Source: Candidatus Poribacteria bacterium
GTDB lineage: Bacteria > Poribacteria > WGA-4E > PCPOR2b
NCBI GenBank assembly: GCA_965215015.1
Contig: OZ244042.1
Location: 2,208,001-2,272,000 of the forward strand
Length of the DNA stretch: 64,000 nt
Direction of reading: 5' to 3'
Shown here: positions 29,523-39,368 of the stretch, one piece after another
How positions within the stretch are numbered: position 1 is the stretch's first letter
Layout: the number at the start of each line of letters is the position of its first letter
Notes under the pieces: generated by a model
Database searches by the model: none
What the model was told of the DNA's origin: nothing
What the model saw: the letters and a program-made list of their open reading frames with translations, nothing else
Translations under genes and position numbers: made by a program

Positions 29523-30578
29523 ATGAGCAATTTTAGGTTTATCGATTTATTTGCAGGAATTGGAGGCCTGCGTATTCCATTTGAAAGGTTGGGTGGAGAG
29601 TGTGTTTTCAGCTCGGAGTGGGACGAACATGCCCAGCGGACCTATTATCATAACTTCGGGGAAATGCCAAAAGGAGACCTCACCAAAATTGATGGGCAGA
29701 ACATTCCAGACCACGACATTTTACTTGCAGGTTTTCCTTGTCAGCCATTTAGCATTATAGGTGAGAAACAAGGCTTTGCAGACACGCGGGGAACACTATT
29801 TTTTGACATAGAGCGAATTCTTGCAGAAAAAAAACCGGGGGCATTCCTTCTTGAAAATGTGAAGCAACTTGCATCCCACGACAGAGGAAGAACATTCGCC
29901 GTGATTCAATCCCATCTTCTCAATCTTGGTTACACAGTTTACCACGAAACTCTAAACGCTCTTGATTTCGGTTTGCCTCAAAAGAGAGAACGGGTGTTTA
30001 TCGTTGGTTTTCGTGAACCAATAGCATTTGCTTTTCCTAGAGGAAACGGGGAGTATAAGTCTCTTTCAGAGATTCTTGAGCCAGATGACAAGGTAGACCC
30101 TAGTTTATTTGCGTCGAAAAAAATCCAAAAATCCCGTCTGGAAAAATGCAAGGTCAATCCGTTTTATCCCTCTATCTGGCATGAGAATAAGGGGGGTAAT
30201 ATATCGGTATTGCCTTTTTCATGTGCTTTACGGGCAGGCGCATCTTATAACTATCTTTTAGTAAATGGCATTAGACGTCCATCAGGGCGAGAGTTATTGC
30301 GTTTACAGGGTTTTCCAGAAAATTTTAAGATTGTTGTAAACATTACGCAGCTTCGGAAGCAGACAGGGAATAGTGTTGCGATTCCCGTTGTTACCTCAAT
30401 TGCAGAAAAAATGCTGGCAGCACTCAAGGAACGGGAACCGGTGTGGTGGGCAACCGAACAACTGGCTCTTTTTGAAAAAAGCAAGGAGTTTATACCTAAT
30501 GAACAACCGATGTTGATATTTGGCTCCCTTGAACTTTTTCGGATTAGGTATCAACCTAATGAGGCTAGCGATATTTAA
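29523..30578 (+). CDS. DNA (cytosine-5) methyltransferase, orphan
   Basis: FAGIGG, GFPCQPFS, ENV, QKRERVF, GNSV; TRD PSIWHENKGGNIS..CALRAGASYNYL. Confidence 0.95.
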   Translation: MSNFRFIDLFAGIGGLRIPFERLGGECVFSSEWDEHAQRTYYHNFGEMPKGDLTKIDGQNIPDHDILLAGFPCQPFSIIGEKQGFADTRGTLFFDIERILAEKKPGAFLLENVKQLASHDRGRTFAVIQSHLLNLGYTVYHETLNALDFGLPQKRERVFIVGFREPIAFAFPRGNGEYKSLSEILEPDDKVDPSLFASKKIQKSRLEKCKVNPFYPSIWHENKGGNISVLPFSCALRAGASYNYLLVNGIRRPSGRELLRLQGFPENFKIVVNITQLRKQTGNSVAIPVVTSIAEKMLAALKEREPVWWATEQLALFEKSKEFIPNEQPMLIFGSLELFRIRYQPNEASDI

Positions 30579-30830
30579 TGTCCCCTAAAAATAGAAAAAA
30601 GAATTTAACTGAACTTCAAGCCGCTGCGGTTGAGGCCTACCGTCAACGGTTAGCTGAAACTGTACCGGAGGTTGAGATTCTCAACGCTTTTGCGACAGAT
30701 GGCATTATCGAAGTGAAATTGAAGATGCCTCAGCACGAAATTTTGCTATGGGAAAGCGCGTTGTGAAACTCTCGGTTGAAGTGGAAAATTAGTTTAACGT
30801 GACGCTGCTGCCCTATGTTGTCCCACATGA
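30578..30830 (+). pseudogene. Small hypothetical gene, probably frameshifted
   Basis: 62-aa ORF coupled to the MTase stop; an alternative frame continues GKRVVKLSVEVEN*FNVTLLPYVVP. Confidence 0.35.
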
Positions 30831-30872
30831 AAACAGATTGAAAGGATTTTTTTTCGGAGCAAATTACCCTTT

Positions 30873-31742
30873 ATGAAAACAGTTGGTTTCTTCGTTAATA
30901 CTGCTAAACCCCACGCGTTACAAGTCGCCACGGAGGCTTGTGATTGGCTCCGAAAACACGGGGCAAAACCGCTGGTTCCTGACCCGGAGGCTGCGCTGCT
31001 TGGTCTGGCAGGTGCAGGTTGTAATCGGCGTGAAGTGGCATCACAATCTGACCTGTTATTGGTCCTCGGCGGCGATGGTACGCTACTTGACGCTGCGCAT
31101 ATACCCGAAATCGAGAAGGTCCCAATCCTCGCTGTGAATCTCGGGAGCCTCGGTTTCCTCACTGATGTTCCCCGGGACCAGCTTTATGCTGCCTTGACCA
31201 ATGTTTTTAACGGTGACTACAAAATTGATCAGCGGATGATGTTGGAGGTCAGTGTCGATAATCACGAGCAAGAGTTTTCTAACTCTTTTGCTCTCAATGA
31301 TGTTGTGATTCGGCACTATACGCAACTCATCGAATTGGAGACCTACATTGATGGCGAACCGTTCGTCACCTACAACGCTGATGGACTTATTATTGCCACA
31401 TCAAGCGGCTCAACTGCCTATTCCTTGGCGTGTGGGGGACCAATCGTTGAACCGCATCTCAACGCAATTCTCCTGACACCGATTTCGCCCCATTCATTGA
31501 CCATGCGCCCTTTTATCGCCCACGGGGATTCAGAAATTACGGTGGTTATGCAATCCCATTATAGCAGCGTCAACCTGCTTGTTGATGGTCCCCGTGAGAC
31601 ACACGCGGTTGCCCCAAATTCCCTAATTCGTGTGCGTAAAGCGGATAAGACAATTCAACTGATTCGTTCTCAACACCATAGCAATTACGAAGTTTTACAA
31701 ACGAAATTAATGTTGGGAGAAGGAACGAAGCGAAAAACATGA
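30873..31742 (+). CDS. nadK: NAD kinase
   Basis: LGGDGTLL, NLGSLGFL, LND, ADGLIIATSSGSTAYSLACGGP. Confidence 0.96.
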   Translation: MKTVGFFVNTAKPHALQVATEACDWLRKHGAKPLVPDPEAALLGLAGAGCNRREVASQSDLLLVLGGDGTLLDAAHIPEIEKVPILAVNLGSLGFLTDVPRDQLYAALTNVFNGDYKIDQRMMLEVSVDNHEQEFSNSFALNDVVIRHYTQLIELETYIDGEPFVTYNADGLIIATSSGSTAYSLACGGPIVEPHLNAILLTPISPHSLTMRPFIAHGDSEITVVMQSHYSSVNLLVDGPRETHAVAPNSLIRVRKADKTIQLIRSQHHSNYEVLQTKLMLGEGTKRKT

Positions 31743-31820
31743 TTGGTTCATTAATTCACTAGTGCATTAATGAATCAATGTAATGAACTAACGGTGTTGA
31801 GTCGTTAATTCAATATTGCC

Positions 31821-33536
31821 ATGATTGAAGAACTTTACATAAGCAATGTTGCCCTTATTGATGAGCTTCAGCTGGAGTTTTCCTCCGGGCTCAATATCTT
31901 CACCGGGGAAACGGGTGCCGGTAAATCTGTAATCTTAAACGCTGTGGGGCTTGCACTCGGTGAACGCAGCACCTCTGGAATCGTAAGAGATGGGGCGACT
32001 AACGCCAAAATTCAGATTGCGGTTGCACCGCCGCCGGATCATCCCTTGTGGCATCGTTTTAGCGACTCAGAGTTTGCTGACGTTGTAGAGGCAGGGGAAA
32101 CGCTGGTGTTATCCCGACAGATCAGCGCAAATGGACGCAGTCGGTGCCATACCAATGGGCAAATGGTGAACTTAAGGTTCTTGAGCGACATCGGCGATCT
32201 GCTCGTCGATATTCACGGGCAGCATGCACATCAATCCCTCTTTCGATCTGAAACCCATCTCGATCTTCTTGATATCTTTGGTAGACATGAGTCACTGAAG
32301 TCGGAAGTCCGTAAAAAGTACGATGAATTCCACGCTTTCCAAACAGAACTCGCTGATTTTTCCCAAACACTCCGTGAAGCCATGCAGGAGAAAGATCTCT
32401 TGGATTTTCAACTTGAAGAACTGGAGGATGCCCAGCTCCAAGACGGGGAAGAAGATGCTCTTGTCAATGAACGTCACCTCCTCAGCAACGCAGAAACCCT
32501 CTTTGAATCAGCTAATCAACTTTACGAACAGCTCTATGGTGGTGCCCTATCGGAATCTTCGATGCTAGATGGATTGAAAACGGCGAGTCGCACCATCTCC
32601 AAACTTTGTGAGCTGGATGGCAGCCTATCAGAATTGAGCGCGCGTTTCGAGTCCACTCTGTATGAGTTAGAGGATATTGTCTATCAGATTCGCGATTATC
32701 GCGATGGAGTTGAGTTTAACCCGCATCGCCTTGCAGAAGTTGAGGAACGTCTAGACCTCATTCATCGATTCAAGCGGAAGTACGGCGATTCAATCTCCGA
32801 AATTTTAGCCTACCAAACACAAGCTTCACAAAAACTTGAGAATCTTCAAGTCGGTTCTGATCGCATTGAAGCGTTGAAGGATCAGATTAATATTGTAACA
32901 CAACAAGCCCAAGAACTCGCGACTGAGCTTTCCAAGAAACGGAGAGGAACCGCGACCCAACTTGAATCTTTGATCGAGCGTGAACTCCAGGCACTGGGAA
33001 TGGAAAAAGCGGTTTTCCAGATCCTTGTGTCTCCGATTGAATCCGCCGAGGGGCCCTTAGAAATCGATGGAAAACGTTATGAACTGCGGGCTGATGGGAT
33101 GGATGAAATCGAATTTTTCATCTCTCCCAACATTGGATCCGATCCAAAACCGTTAGCGAAAATAGCGTCAGGCGGGGAGATTTCTCGTGTGATGCTCGCA
33201 TTGAAAACTGTGCTCGCCCAAATTGATCCGATTCCAACAATGATCTATGACGAAATTGACGCAGGCATTGGTGGGCATACCGCAGACATCGTCGGACAGA
33301 AACTGAAGGAATTATCGCGTTTTCGCCAAGTCTTTTGTATCACGCACCTGCCACAGATTGCCCGTTTTGCAGATCAACATTATCGAGTGGAAAAGCGTAT
33401 GGACAGAAATCGCACAACGATTACGGCAAAGCAACTAACGCCGGAAGAACGGGTTGAGGAAATGGCTCGGATGCATGGCGGTGAAGCGACAGTGACAACG
33501 CTCGCACACGCGAGGGAGTTGTTGAAGGGACAATAG
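31821..33536 (+). CDS. recN: DNA repair protein RecN
   Basis: TGETGAGKS, IHGQH, coiled coil, ASGGEISR, DEID, ITHLPQ. Confidence 0.97.
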   Translation: MIEELYISNVALIDELQLEFSSGLNIFTGETGAGKSVILNAVGLALGERSTSGIVRDGATNAKIQIAVAPPPDHPLWHRFSDSEFADVVEAGETLVLSRQISANGRSRCHTNGQMVNLRFLSDIGDLLVDIHGQHAHQSLFRSETHLDLLDIFGRHESLKSEVRKKYDEFHAFQTELADFSQTLREAMQEKDLLDFQLEELEDAQLQDGEEDALVNERHLLSNAETLFESANQLYEQLYGGALSESSMLDGLKTASRTISKLCELDGSLSELSARFESTLYELEDIVYQIRDYRDGVEFNPHRLAEVEERLDLIHRFKRKYGDSISEILAYQTQASQKLENLQVGSDRIEALKDQINIVTQQAQELATELSKKRRGTATQLESLIERELQALGMEKAVFQILVSPIESAEGPLEIDGKRYELRADGMDEIEFFISPNIGSDPKPLAKIASGGEISRVMLALKTVLAQIDPIPTMIYDEIDAGIGGHTADIVGQKLKELSRFRQVFCITHLPQIARFADQHYRVEKRMDRNRTTITAKQLTPEERVEEMARMHGGEATVTTLAHARELLKGQ

Positions 33537-33539
33537 TAT

Positions 33540-36500
33540 ATGGATAACAGATTTACACAAGAGAGTGGTACAAATGTTTACACCGGCTGCGAATTACTAG
33601 TAAAAGGTGCCCTCGAAGGTCAAGTCAATTTGCTCACAGGATATCCCGGTTCACCATTGGCAGAGGTGTTCGACGTAATGAAAAGTAATGCAGCACTCCT
33701 CAAAGAACACGGTATCCTTGCACAGATTGGGAACAATGAAGCCCTTAGCGTTGCAAGGCTCAACGGTTCACAAATGGCAAATTTACGCGCTGTCGCTTTT
33801 ATGAAAAACGTAGGGATGCATGTGGCCTCCGATGCGTTAGCGATTAGCAATTTGGCGGGAACAACAGGCGGTGCTGTTGTCGTCGTCGGGGATGATACTT
33901 GGGGAGCGAGTACACAAGTCCCTGCGGATTCACGCTTTTTAGCCCGGCACCTCTACACGCCAGTTATCGAACCGAGCACATTTCAGGAAATTAAAGATTG
34001 GTTAAACGCTGCCTTTGAAATCTCTGCCGAATCTAATCTATATCTAACCTACATAGTCACCCTTAATCAGGCGGAGGGTGGGGGAAGCGTCCAACTGCGT
34101 CCGAACCGTTATCCTGAAACTTCTACGAAAAACCAGACGGTGATCGATACTGAATTGATTAACGGTTCAAACCGGATCATTCTGCCGCCGGACACACCTC
34201 GGATTGAGATTGAAACCTTAACCGAGAGATTCCCTAATGCAATCAAGAGTGCACGGGAGCGTAACCTGAATCGGATTAGTTATCTAAATGATTCGGACCA
34301 CAAGATCGGATTTGTCACCTCAGGGTTGGCATATTCCTATCTCGAACACGCGCTTAATGAACTAGAATTCCAAGGGCGTATTCCAATCCTTAAGCTTGGA
34401 TTGACACATCCGATTGATGAAGAAATTGTGCGTGAATTTGCATCACATGTGCGTGAAATCTACGTTATTGAGGAGAAGCGACCACTACTTGAGAAGGACA
34501 TCAAGGCGATAGTCAACCAGTTCTATCAAAATGGCGAAATGGATCGGCTTGTGCAGGTATGGGGCAAGGAATTTCCGAACGGTTTGGTGGGAGTTCCTGA
34601 TTCGCTCGGACTCAACCCATCAATACTGATACAACGACTAATTCCCCTTCTTCAGCATAAGTTTGGGGGCAAAGACACATCTATCGCAATTGATCCGGAG
34701 GTGTTTGTCCGTGAGGAGCAATGTATTGAACAGGTCAACACCTATAAGGTTGAAATCCCCGCGCGAACGCCTACGTTCTGTCCAGGCTGTCCGCATCGCG
34801 ACTCTGCGAGTGTTTTCAAAGAGATTGCCGACCAATTTATGGATACTAAATATATGGAGAGGCACCACGCGCAGCCTCCCGTTGACCTTGTTTTTCATGG
34901 AGATATCGGTTGCTACTCAATGCTGAAGTATGAACCGTTTCCGCGCCTGATGCACAACCTCTCGGCGATGGCACTCGGCGGCGGAGCAGGGGCAGGCATC
35001 GATCCATTTATCGAGAATAAACAGGTTGTCTTTATGGGGGATTCCACATTCTTTCACGGTGGGATGTCGGCAATTTCCGACTCGATTAAAAATGGCCAAG
35101 ATCTCACCTACGTTATCTTGGACAACCAGACAACTGGCATGACAGGGCACCAACCTACACCGTCTACGGAAGATGACATCCTCGGTAATCCTACCTTTGC
35201 ACAGGACATCGAAAAAGTTGTCGAAGGACTCACGGGCGATTCAGACCTCTTTATTATCCGAACAAATCCAGAAAATCGTCTTGAGTACAAGAAGCTAGTC
35301 GAAGAGACGGTTCTCAAGCCGGGGGTCAAAATTATCATCGCCGATAAGGAGTGCGGGATTACTTACCATCGTCGGTTGCGCCGTGAGCAACAGCAAACAA
35401 TCAAAGAGCGCGGTTTTCTATCGGTAGAAAAACATATCAATATTACCCCTGAAGTCTGCGAATTCTGTCTTGAGTGTACCAACGCAACAGGCTGTCCGGG
35501 TCTGAAAGTAACTGAAACGGACTACGGACCCAAGATTGGCATCGATCAATCCAACTGTGTGTCTGATGGTGCTTGTGCGCGGATCAAGTGGGCGTGTCCT
35601 TCCTTTGAGGAGGTGACTATCACCCGCAAGTGTCCACCACGCCAAAAAGTGGACCTTGGGGCCGTGTCAACCGATTCGAGGGAGTTCCTGCCGCCTCCAT
35701 CACATACCTTTGAGGGAACATGGAGTGTCTATGCCGCGGGTGTCGGTGGGATGGGGATTGGTACAATTTCCAAGGTTTTAGTGCTTGCCGGACACGCGCA
35801 AGGGTATCATGTGCGATTTTTCGACAAGAAGGGGTTGGCAATCCGCAACGGGGGAGTCTATACAAACCTTGTTTATTCAAAAACAGAAGCGGAACTCTCC
35901 CAGATTATTCCATACGGAAAAGCGGATTTGTTGATTGGCATGGATATGTTAGAAGCGGTGCGGGGGCTTGATCCTAATGCGGGATTCTGCGTTGCGACAC
36001 CCGATCGGACGGTCGCCGTTGTTAATACCGCTAAAACAGATACGGTGAAGACCCTCATCGGTCAGGACGATTTCAAACTTGCGGATTTAGAGAAATGGTT
36101 ACAGACCTACACCGACGCAGATGCCTATTTTGGGGTAAATTTGTTCGAGATTTCCGAAAGGTTACTCGGAAACAAACTCTATGCCAATATGATGTTGCTC
36201 GGTGTTGCTTTTCAGCGGGGATATCTGCCGGTTGAACTTGAAGCGATTCAAACGGCGTTGAAGTTAGCTGTAAGACCCGCAGACTTAGAAACAAACCAAC
36301 GCGCCTTTGATATGGGTAGGCGTCTCGCGATTGATTCGGAGGCTTTTGCGCCGGTCCCGCAGTGGCAAGCATACAAAACTCTACTCCGAGAGAAATGCCA
36401 AAGTTTAACGCGTAAGCGGCGGGGGGCAGTGCTCGCTCACCAGTATGAAGTGCTTGTTCAACAGGGAGTGGAGAAGATGGAATTGGACGACGAAACCAAT

Positions 36501-37094
36501 CGACGGTTTGCCTTGTATGTTTATGACCTTATCCAATTCGAGAATTTGGACTATGCTCGTCTGTACGTTGAAAAGGTGAAACAGATCTATTCCAAAGATT
36601 TATCTGAGATGGACTACCGTGCAACGAAAGCTGCGGTCAAATATCTACATAAGGTGATGCTCATCAAGGATGAAGTGTATGTGGCTCACCTATTGACCAG
36701 CGAGACTAAATTAAGACGTGACAAAGAAATGTACAATGTTGATGAATCGAACGGCGATAAGATTAAGTACGTCCACCTCAACCGCCCTCGCTTCACTATC
36801 ATGGGTAGGGATCTCCAGTGGGACATGAATACCAAGAACTGGCAACTAAATTTGATGAAACGGTTGAGGTTTCTCAGACGTTGGCTATCGCAGTGGCATA
36901 AATTAGAAAAAGTGTTCCGTGATTGGTATATCGCCGAAGTAATTGAGACCTTCGCACCACATGATAGAGAGAGCTATGAAGATCACGTCACTGCGCTAGA
37001 AGCTCCTGAAGAAGTTCGTGGCTATCGAGAAGTGCGTTATCCAAAGATGGCAAATGCCCAAAAAAAAGTCGAAGAATTATTGCATAACGCGTAA
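33540..37094 (+). CDS. Single-chain indolepyruvate:ferredoxin oxidoreductase family protein
   Basis: GYPGSP, FCPGCPH, GDIGC, ThDP motif GDSTFFH..DN, ferredoxin CEFCLEC / CVSDGAC, GVGGMG gamma domain, IKDEVYVA tail. Confidence 0.88.
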   Translation: MDNRFTQESGTNVYTGCELLVKGALEGQVNLLTGYPGSPLAEVFDVMKSNAALLKEHGILAQIGNNEALSVARLNGSQMANLRAVAFMKNVGMHVASDALAISNLAGTTGGAVVVVGDDTWGASTQVPADSRFLARHLYTPVIEPSTFQEIKDWLNAAFEISAESNLYLTYIVTLNQAEGGGSVQLRPNRYPETSTKNQTVIDTELINGSNRIILPPDTPRIEIETLTERFPNAIKSARERNLNRISYLNDSDHKIGFVTSGLAYSYLEHALNELEFQGRIPILKLGLTHPIDEEIVREFASHVREIYVIEEKRPLLEKDIKAIVNQFYQNGEMDRLVQVWGKEFPNGLVGVPDSLGLNPSILIQRLIPLLQHKFGGKDTSIAIDPEVFVREEQCIEQVNTYKVEIPARTPTFCPGCPHRDSASVFKEIADQFMDTKYMERHHAQPPVDLVFHGDIGCYSMLKYEPFPRLMHNLSAMALGGGAGAGIDPFIENKQVVFMGDSTFFHGGMSAISDSIKNGQDLTYVILDNQTTGMTGHQPTPSTEDDILGNPTFAQDIEKVVEGLTGDSDLFIIRTNPENRLEYKKLVEETVLKPGVKIIIADKECGITYHRRLRREQQQTIKERGFLSVEKHINITPEVCEFCLECTNATGCPGLKVTETDYGPKIGIDQSNCVSDGACARIKWACPSFEEVTITRKCPPRQKVDLGAVSTDSREFLPPPSHTFEGTWSVYAAGVGGMGIGTISKVLVLAGHAQGYHVRFFDKKGLAIRNGGVYTNLVYSKTEAELSQIIPYGKADLLIGMDMLEAVRGLDPNAGFCVATPDRTVAVVNTAKTDTVKTLIGQDDFKLADLEKWLQTYTDADAYFGVNLFEISERLLGNKLYANMMLLGVAFQRGYLPVELEAIQTALKLAVRPADLETNQRAFDMGRRLAIDSEAFAPVPQWQAYKTLLREKCQSLTRKRRGAVLAHQYEVLVQQGVEKMELDDETNRRFALYVYDLIQFENLDYARLYVEKVKQIYSKDLSEMDYRATKAAVKYLHKVMLIKDEVYVAHLLTSETKLRRDKEMYNVDESNGDKIKYVHLNRPRFTIMGRDLQWDMNTKNWQLNLMKRLRFLRRWLSQWHKLEKVFRDWYIAEVIETFAPHDRESYEDHVTALEAPEEVRGYREVRYPKMANAQKKVEELLHNA

Positions 37095-37120
37095 AGTTTT
37101 CACGTTTTACCTCACACGCC

Positions 37121-37981
37121 ATGCAAATCACAGGTCAAACGAAAATTGTTGGTATTATCGGTGCCCCGATCAAGCATAGCCGCTCTCCCCAGATACACAA
37201 TGCAGCAATCGCCGCACTAGGGTTGGATTATGTCTATGTGCCCTTTCATGTTCAACCAGACAATTTAGGTGCAGCGATTGAAGGGTTCAAGGCAATCAAT
37301 GTGGTCGGCATTAACGTGACGATTCCACATAAACAAGATGTGATACCTTACCTTGATGAGATATCAAGGGAAGCAACCCTCATCGGTGCGGTTAATACGT
37401 TGATTTTCAAGGAGGGAGCGATTGCCGGCGAGAATACAGACGCCCCTGGTTTCTTACAAGCAATGCAGGAAGAAGGATTCAAAGTGCCTCAAGGGGGGAT
37501 GGCTGTCGTAATTGGAGCCGGTGGATCAGCACGTGCAATTGTCGTTGCCCTTGCCCTTGCAGGCGTGCAGACGATTTGCATTACAAATCGTACTGTTTCA
37601 AGAGCCGTCGCCCTTGCTACGAATCTTTCAGAGAAAACGGGCGCATCAATCTACGGAATAGGGCTGGATGATCCCAAGCTACCAAGCACCGTAGGAACTA
37701 GTCAGTTAATCGTCAATACAGCAGCCACAAGTATGGATGTTTCGCATCCACTGTTGATTGACCCCGAATGGTTAGAGCCGCAATCCATCGTTTACGATAT
37801 TGTCTACACGCCTCCCGAAACGCGTCTTCTACAAGCTGCAGCGGAGAAGGGCTGTCATACAATCGGCGGCTTAGGTATGCTTGTTCATCAAGGAGCAATT
37901 GCTTTCGAGAAATGGACCGGCGTCAAGCCGCCGGTTGAGACTATGCGGCAAGTGCTCCAATGTGCCTTGGATCAAAAGTGA
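37121..37981 (+). CDS. aroE: Shikimate dehydrogenase
   Basis: HSRSP, NVTIPHK, GAVNT, NTD, GAGGSA, GLGMLVHQ. Confidence 0.96.
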   Translation: MQITGQTKIVGIIGAPIKHSRSPQIHNAAIAALGLDYVYVPFHVQPDNLGAAIEGFKAINVVGINVTIPHKQDVIPYLDEISREATLIGAVNTLIFKEGAIAGENTDAPGFLQAMQEEGFKVPQGGMAVVIGAGGSARAIVVALALAGVQTICITNRTVSRAVALATNLSEKTGASIYGIGLDDPKLPSTVGTSQLIVNTAATSMDVSHPLLIDPEWLEPQSIVYDIVYTPPETRLLQAAAEKGCHTIGGLGMLVHQGAIAFEKWTGVKPPVETMRQVLQCALDQK

Positions 37982-37991
37982 GAGGTGAATT

Positions 37992-38309
37992 ATGAGCATC
38001 GAAAATTCTTTTTCTCCGACGACCCCGTCATCCGCGCCAATTAAGGTGGATATCTTTCATTCGCAATATCTTATACAGCCAACTGAACATCTACAAGCAG
38101 AAGAGATCCGTGAGTTGGCTGCCTATGTGGATGGACGGCTGCATGAGATGAGTCGAAAAACCTCCCGCGATAAGTTTGATATCGCGATCATGGTCGCGTT
38201 GCAAATTGCGGCACAGATGTGCGAAGATCAGAAACGGTTCCAGCAGTCGATCCATCGCATGATTGAGGGACTAGAAAAAGCTGTAGAAGGCAAATCCGTT
38301 TCTGAATAG
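37992..38309 (+). CDS. zapA: Cell division protein ZapA
   Basis: VDIFHSQY, ELAAYVD..L.E, IAIMVALQIA. Confidence 0.8.
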   Translation: MSIENSFSPTTPSSAPIKVDIFHSQYLIQPTEHLQAEEIRELAAYVDGRLHEMSRKTSRDKFDIAIMVALQIAAQMCEDQKRFQQSIHRMIEGLEKAVEGKSVSE

Positions 38310-38342
38310 CAACAACTTACGTGGGCTCTCTTGAGGTATGGA

Positions 38343-39269
38343 TTATTCAATCTCGTAGATGACATGCACTGTCACCGAGATCCGGAGTTGATTAGATTGG
38401 ATGGGTGTATCCACCGCCGCTGCGTCCTCAGCGAATGGGAAGTCAAAATGACTAGACTGTGGCGCATAAAAATCCCCTGACTCGGAAATAGAAATCGGCT
38501 TCCCAAGCGTGACACCCCCTTCGGTTGCTAGTGTCTGTGCTTTTGCTTGTGCGTTCTGCATCGCTTCCACACGGGCCTGCATTTTTAATTGCGTGGAATC
38601 GTCAATTGTGAACTGAATCGAGTTAATCTGCACCAAATCTCCGCCTGCTTCCGCCGCATCGTCAATTACATTCCCAACAATGTTCAGATCCCGAATCTTC
38701 GCGGATACGGTATTCGTAGCGTTATATCCCTGAAATTCTGGTCGCCCTCTAATATAATCGAACCGTTGCTGGATACTGAAATGCTCGGTCTGAATATCCT
38801 CGTCAAGGAGACCATTGCCTTTTAGAGATTCGATTATTCCCGCCATTGCTTCAGCGGCGTCTGTTCGGGCCTGCTCCACAGAGTCCCTCTCGACCGAAAC
38901 CCCAATACTCAGCACGACCACATCGGGGGTACCTACGACCATACCAGTGCCGGTCACTCGAACCGTCTTTTCTGTTCTCGTCTTATTGATGACTTCTATG
39001 GTACTCCCCGTTCCCGGCTGAACCGAAACCTCCACATCCTTGCCCAAGCTACCCGCTACTATCATTAGATCAAACAGGTCTATGCTCCCATCCTGATTCA
39101 CATCCCGCGGAGCTGCGGCAAAATCAAGCCCTGCTTGGGTGTTTAGAAGTGGAGTCAATTCAGCAGCGGCGAGCTGGGACTCTTCTTCAGGCTTAGTGCC
39201 CTCATCTCCAGCGCATCCACTCAGCAGTATTATCAGACAGACGAGAGGACAGATAAATTTAACTTTCAT
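38343..39269 (-). CDS. SIMPL/DUF541 (YggE/BP26-like) lipoprotein with one dockerin-like EF-hand
   Basis: Lipobox LSGC; DVNQDGSIDLFDL; VRVTGTG...PD and A...A.AKA..LA...GV.LG.PISI.E. Confidence 0.85.
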   Translation of the reverse strand: MKVKFICPLVCLIILLSGCAGDEGTKPEEESQLAAAELTPLLNTQAGLDFAAAPRDVNQDGSIDLFDLMIVAGSLGKDVEVSVQPGTGSTIEVINKTRTEKTVRVTGTGMVVGTPDVVVLSIGVSVERDSVEQARTDAAEAMAGIIESLKGNGLLDEDIQTEHFSIQQRFDYIRGRPEFQGYNATNTVSAKIRDLNIVGNVIDDAAEAGGDLVQINSIQFTIDDSTQLKMQARVEAMQNAQAKAQTLATEGGVTLGKPISISESGDFYAPQSSHFDFPFAEDAAAVDTPIQSNQLRISVTVHVIYEIE

Positions 39270-39368
39270 GGGTAGAATCTCCTTGTGGTATAGAGTCGGG
39301 ACAAAGTTAAACTCTGCCCTGAGTTAAAAATTGTGCTGTGATACGATTTTTTAATATGAGGCGGTGCC

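Noticed and set aside
10659-30792. Amber recoding (pyrrolysine/readthrough) suggested by in-frame TAGs at 10659, 20580 and 30790
   Set aside because: Each of those genes also has a frameshift, core genes (tyrS, recN, surE) end in TAG, and no pyl genes are seen.
38310-38342. 6S RNA expected downstream of zapA
   Set aside because: Only ~33 bp before the convergent SIMPL gene.
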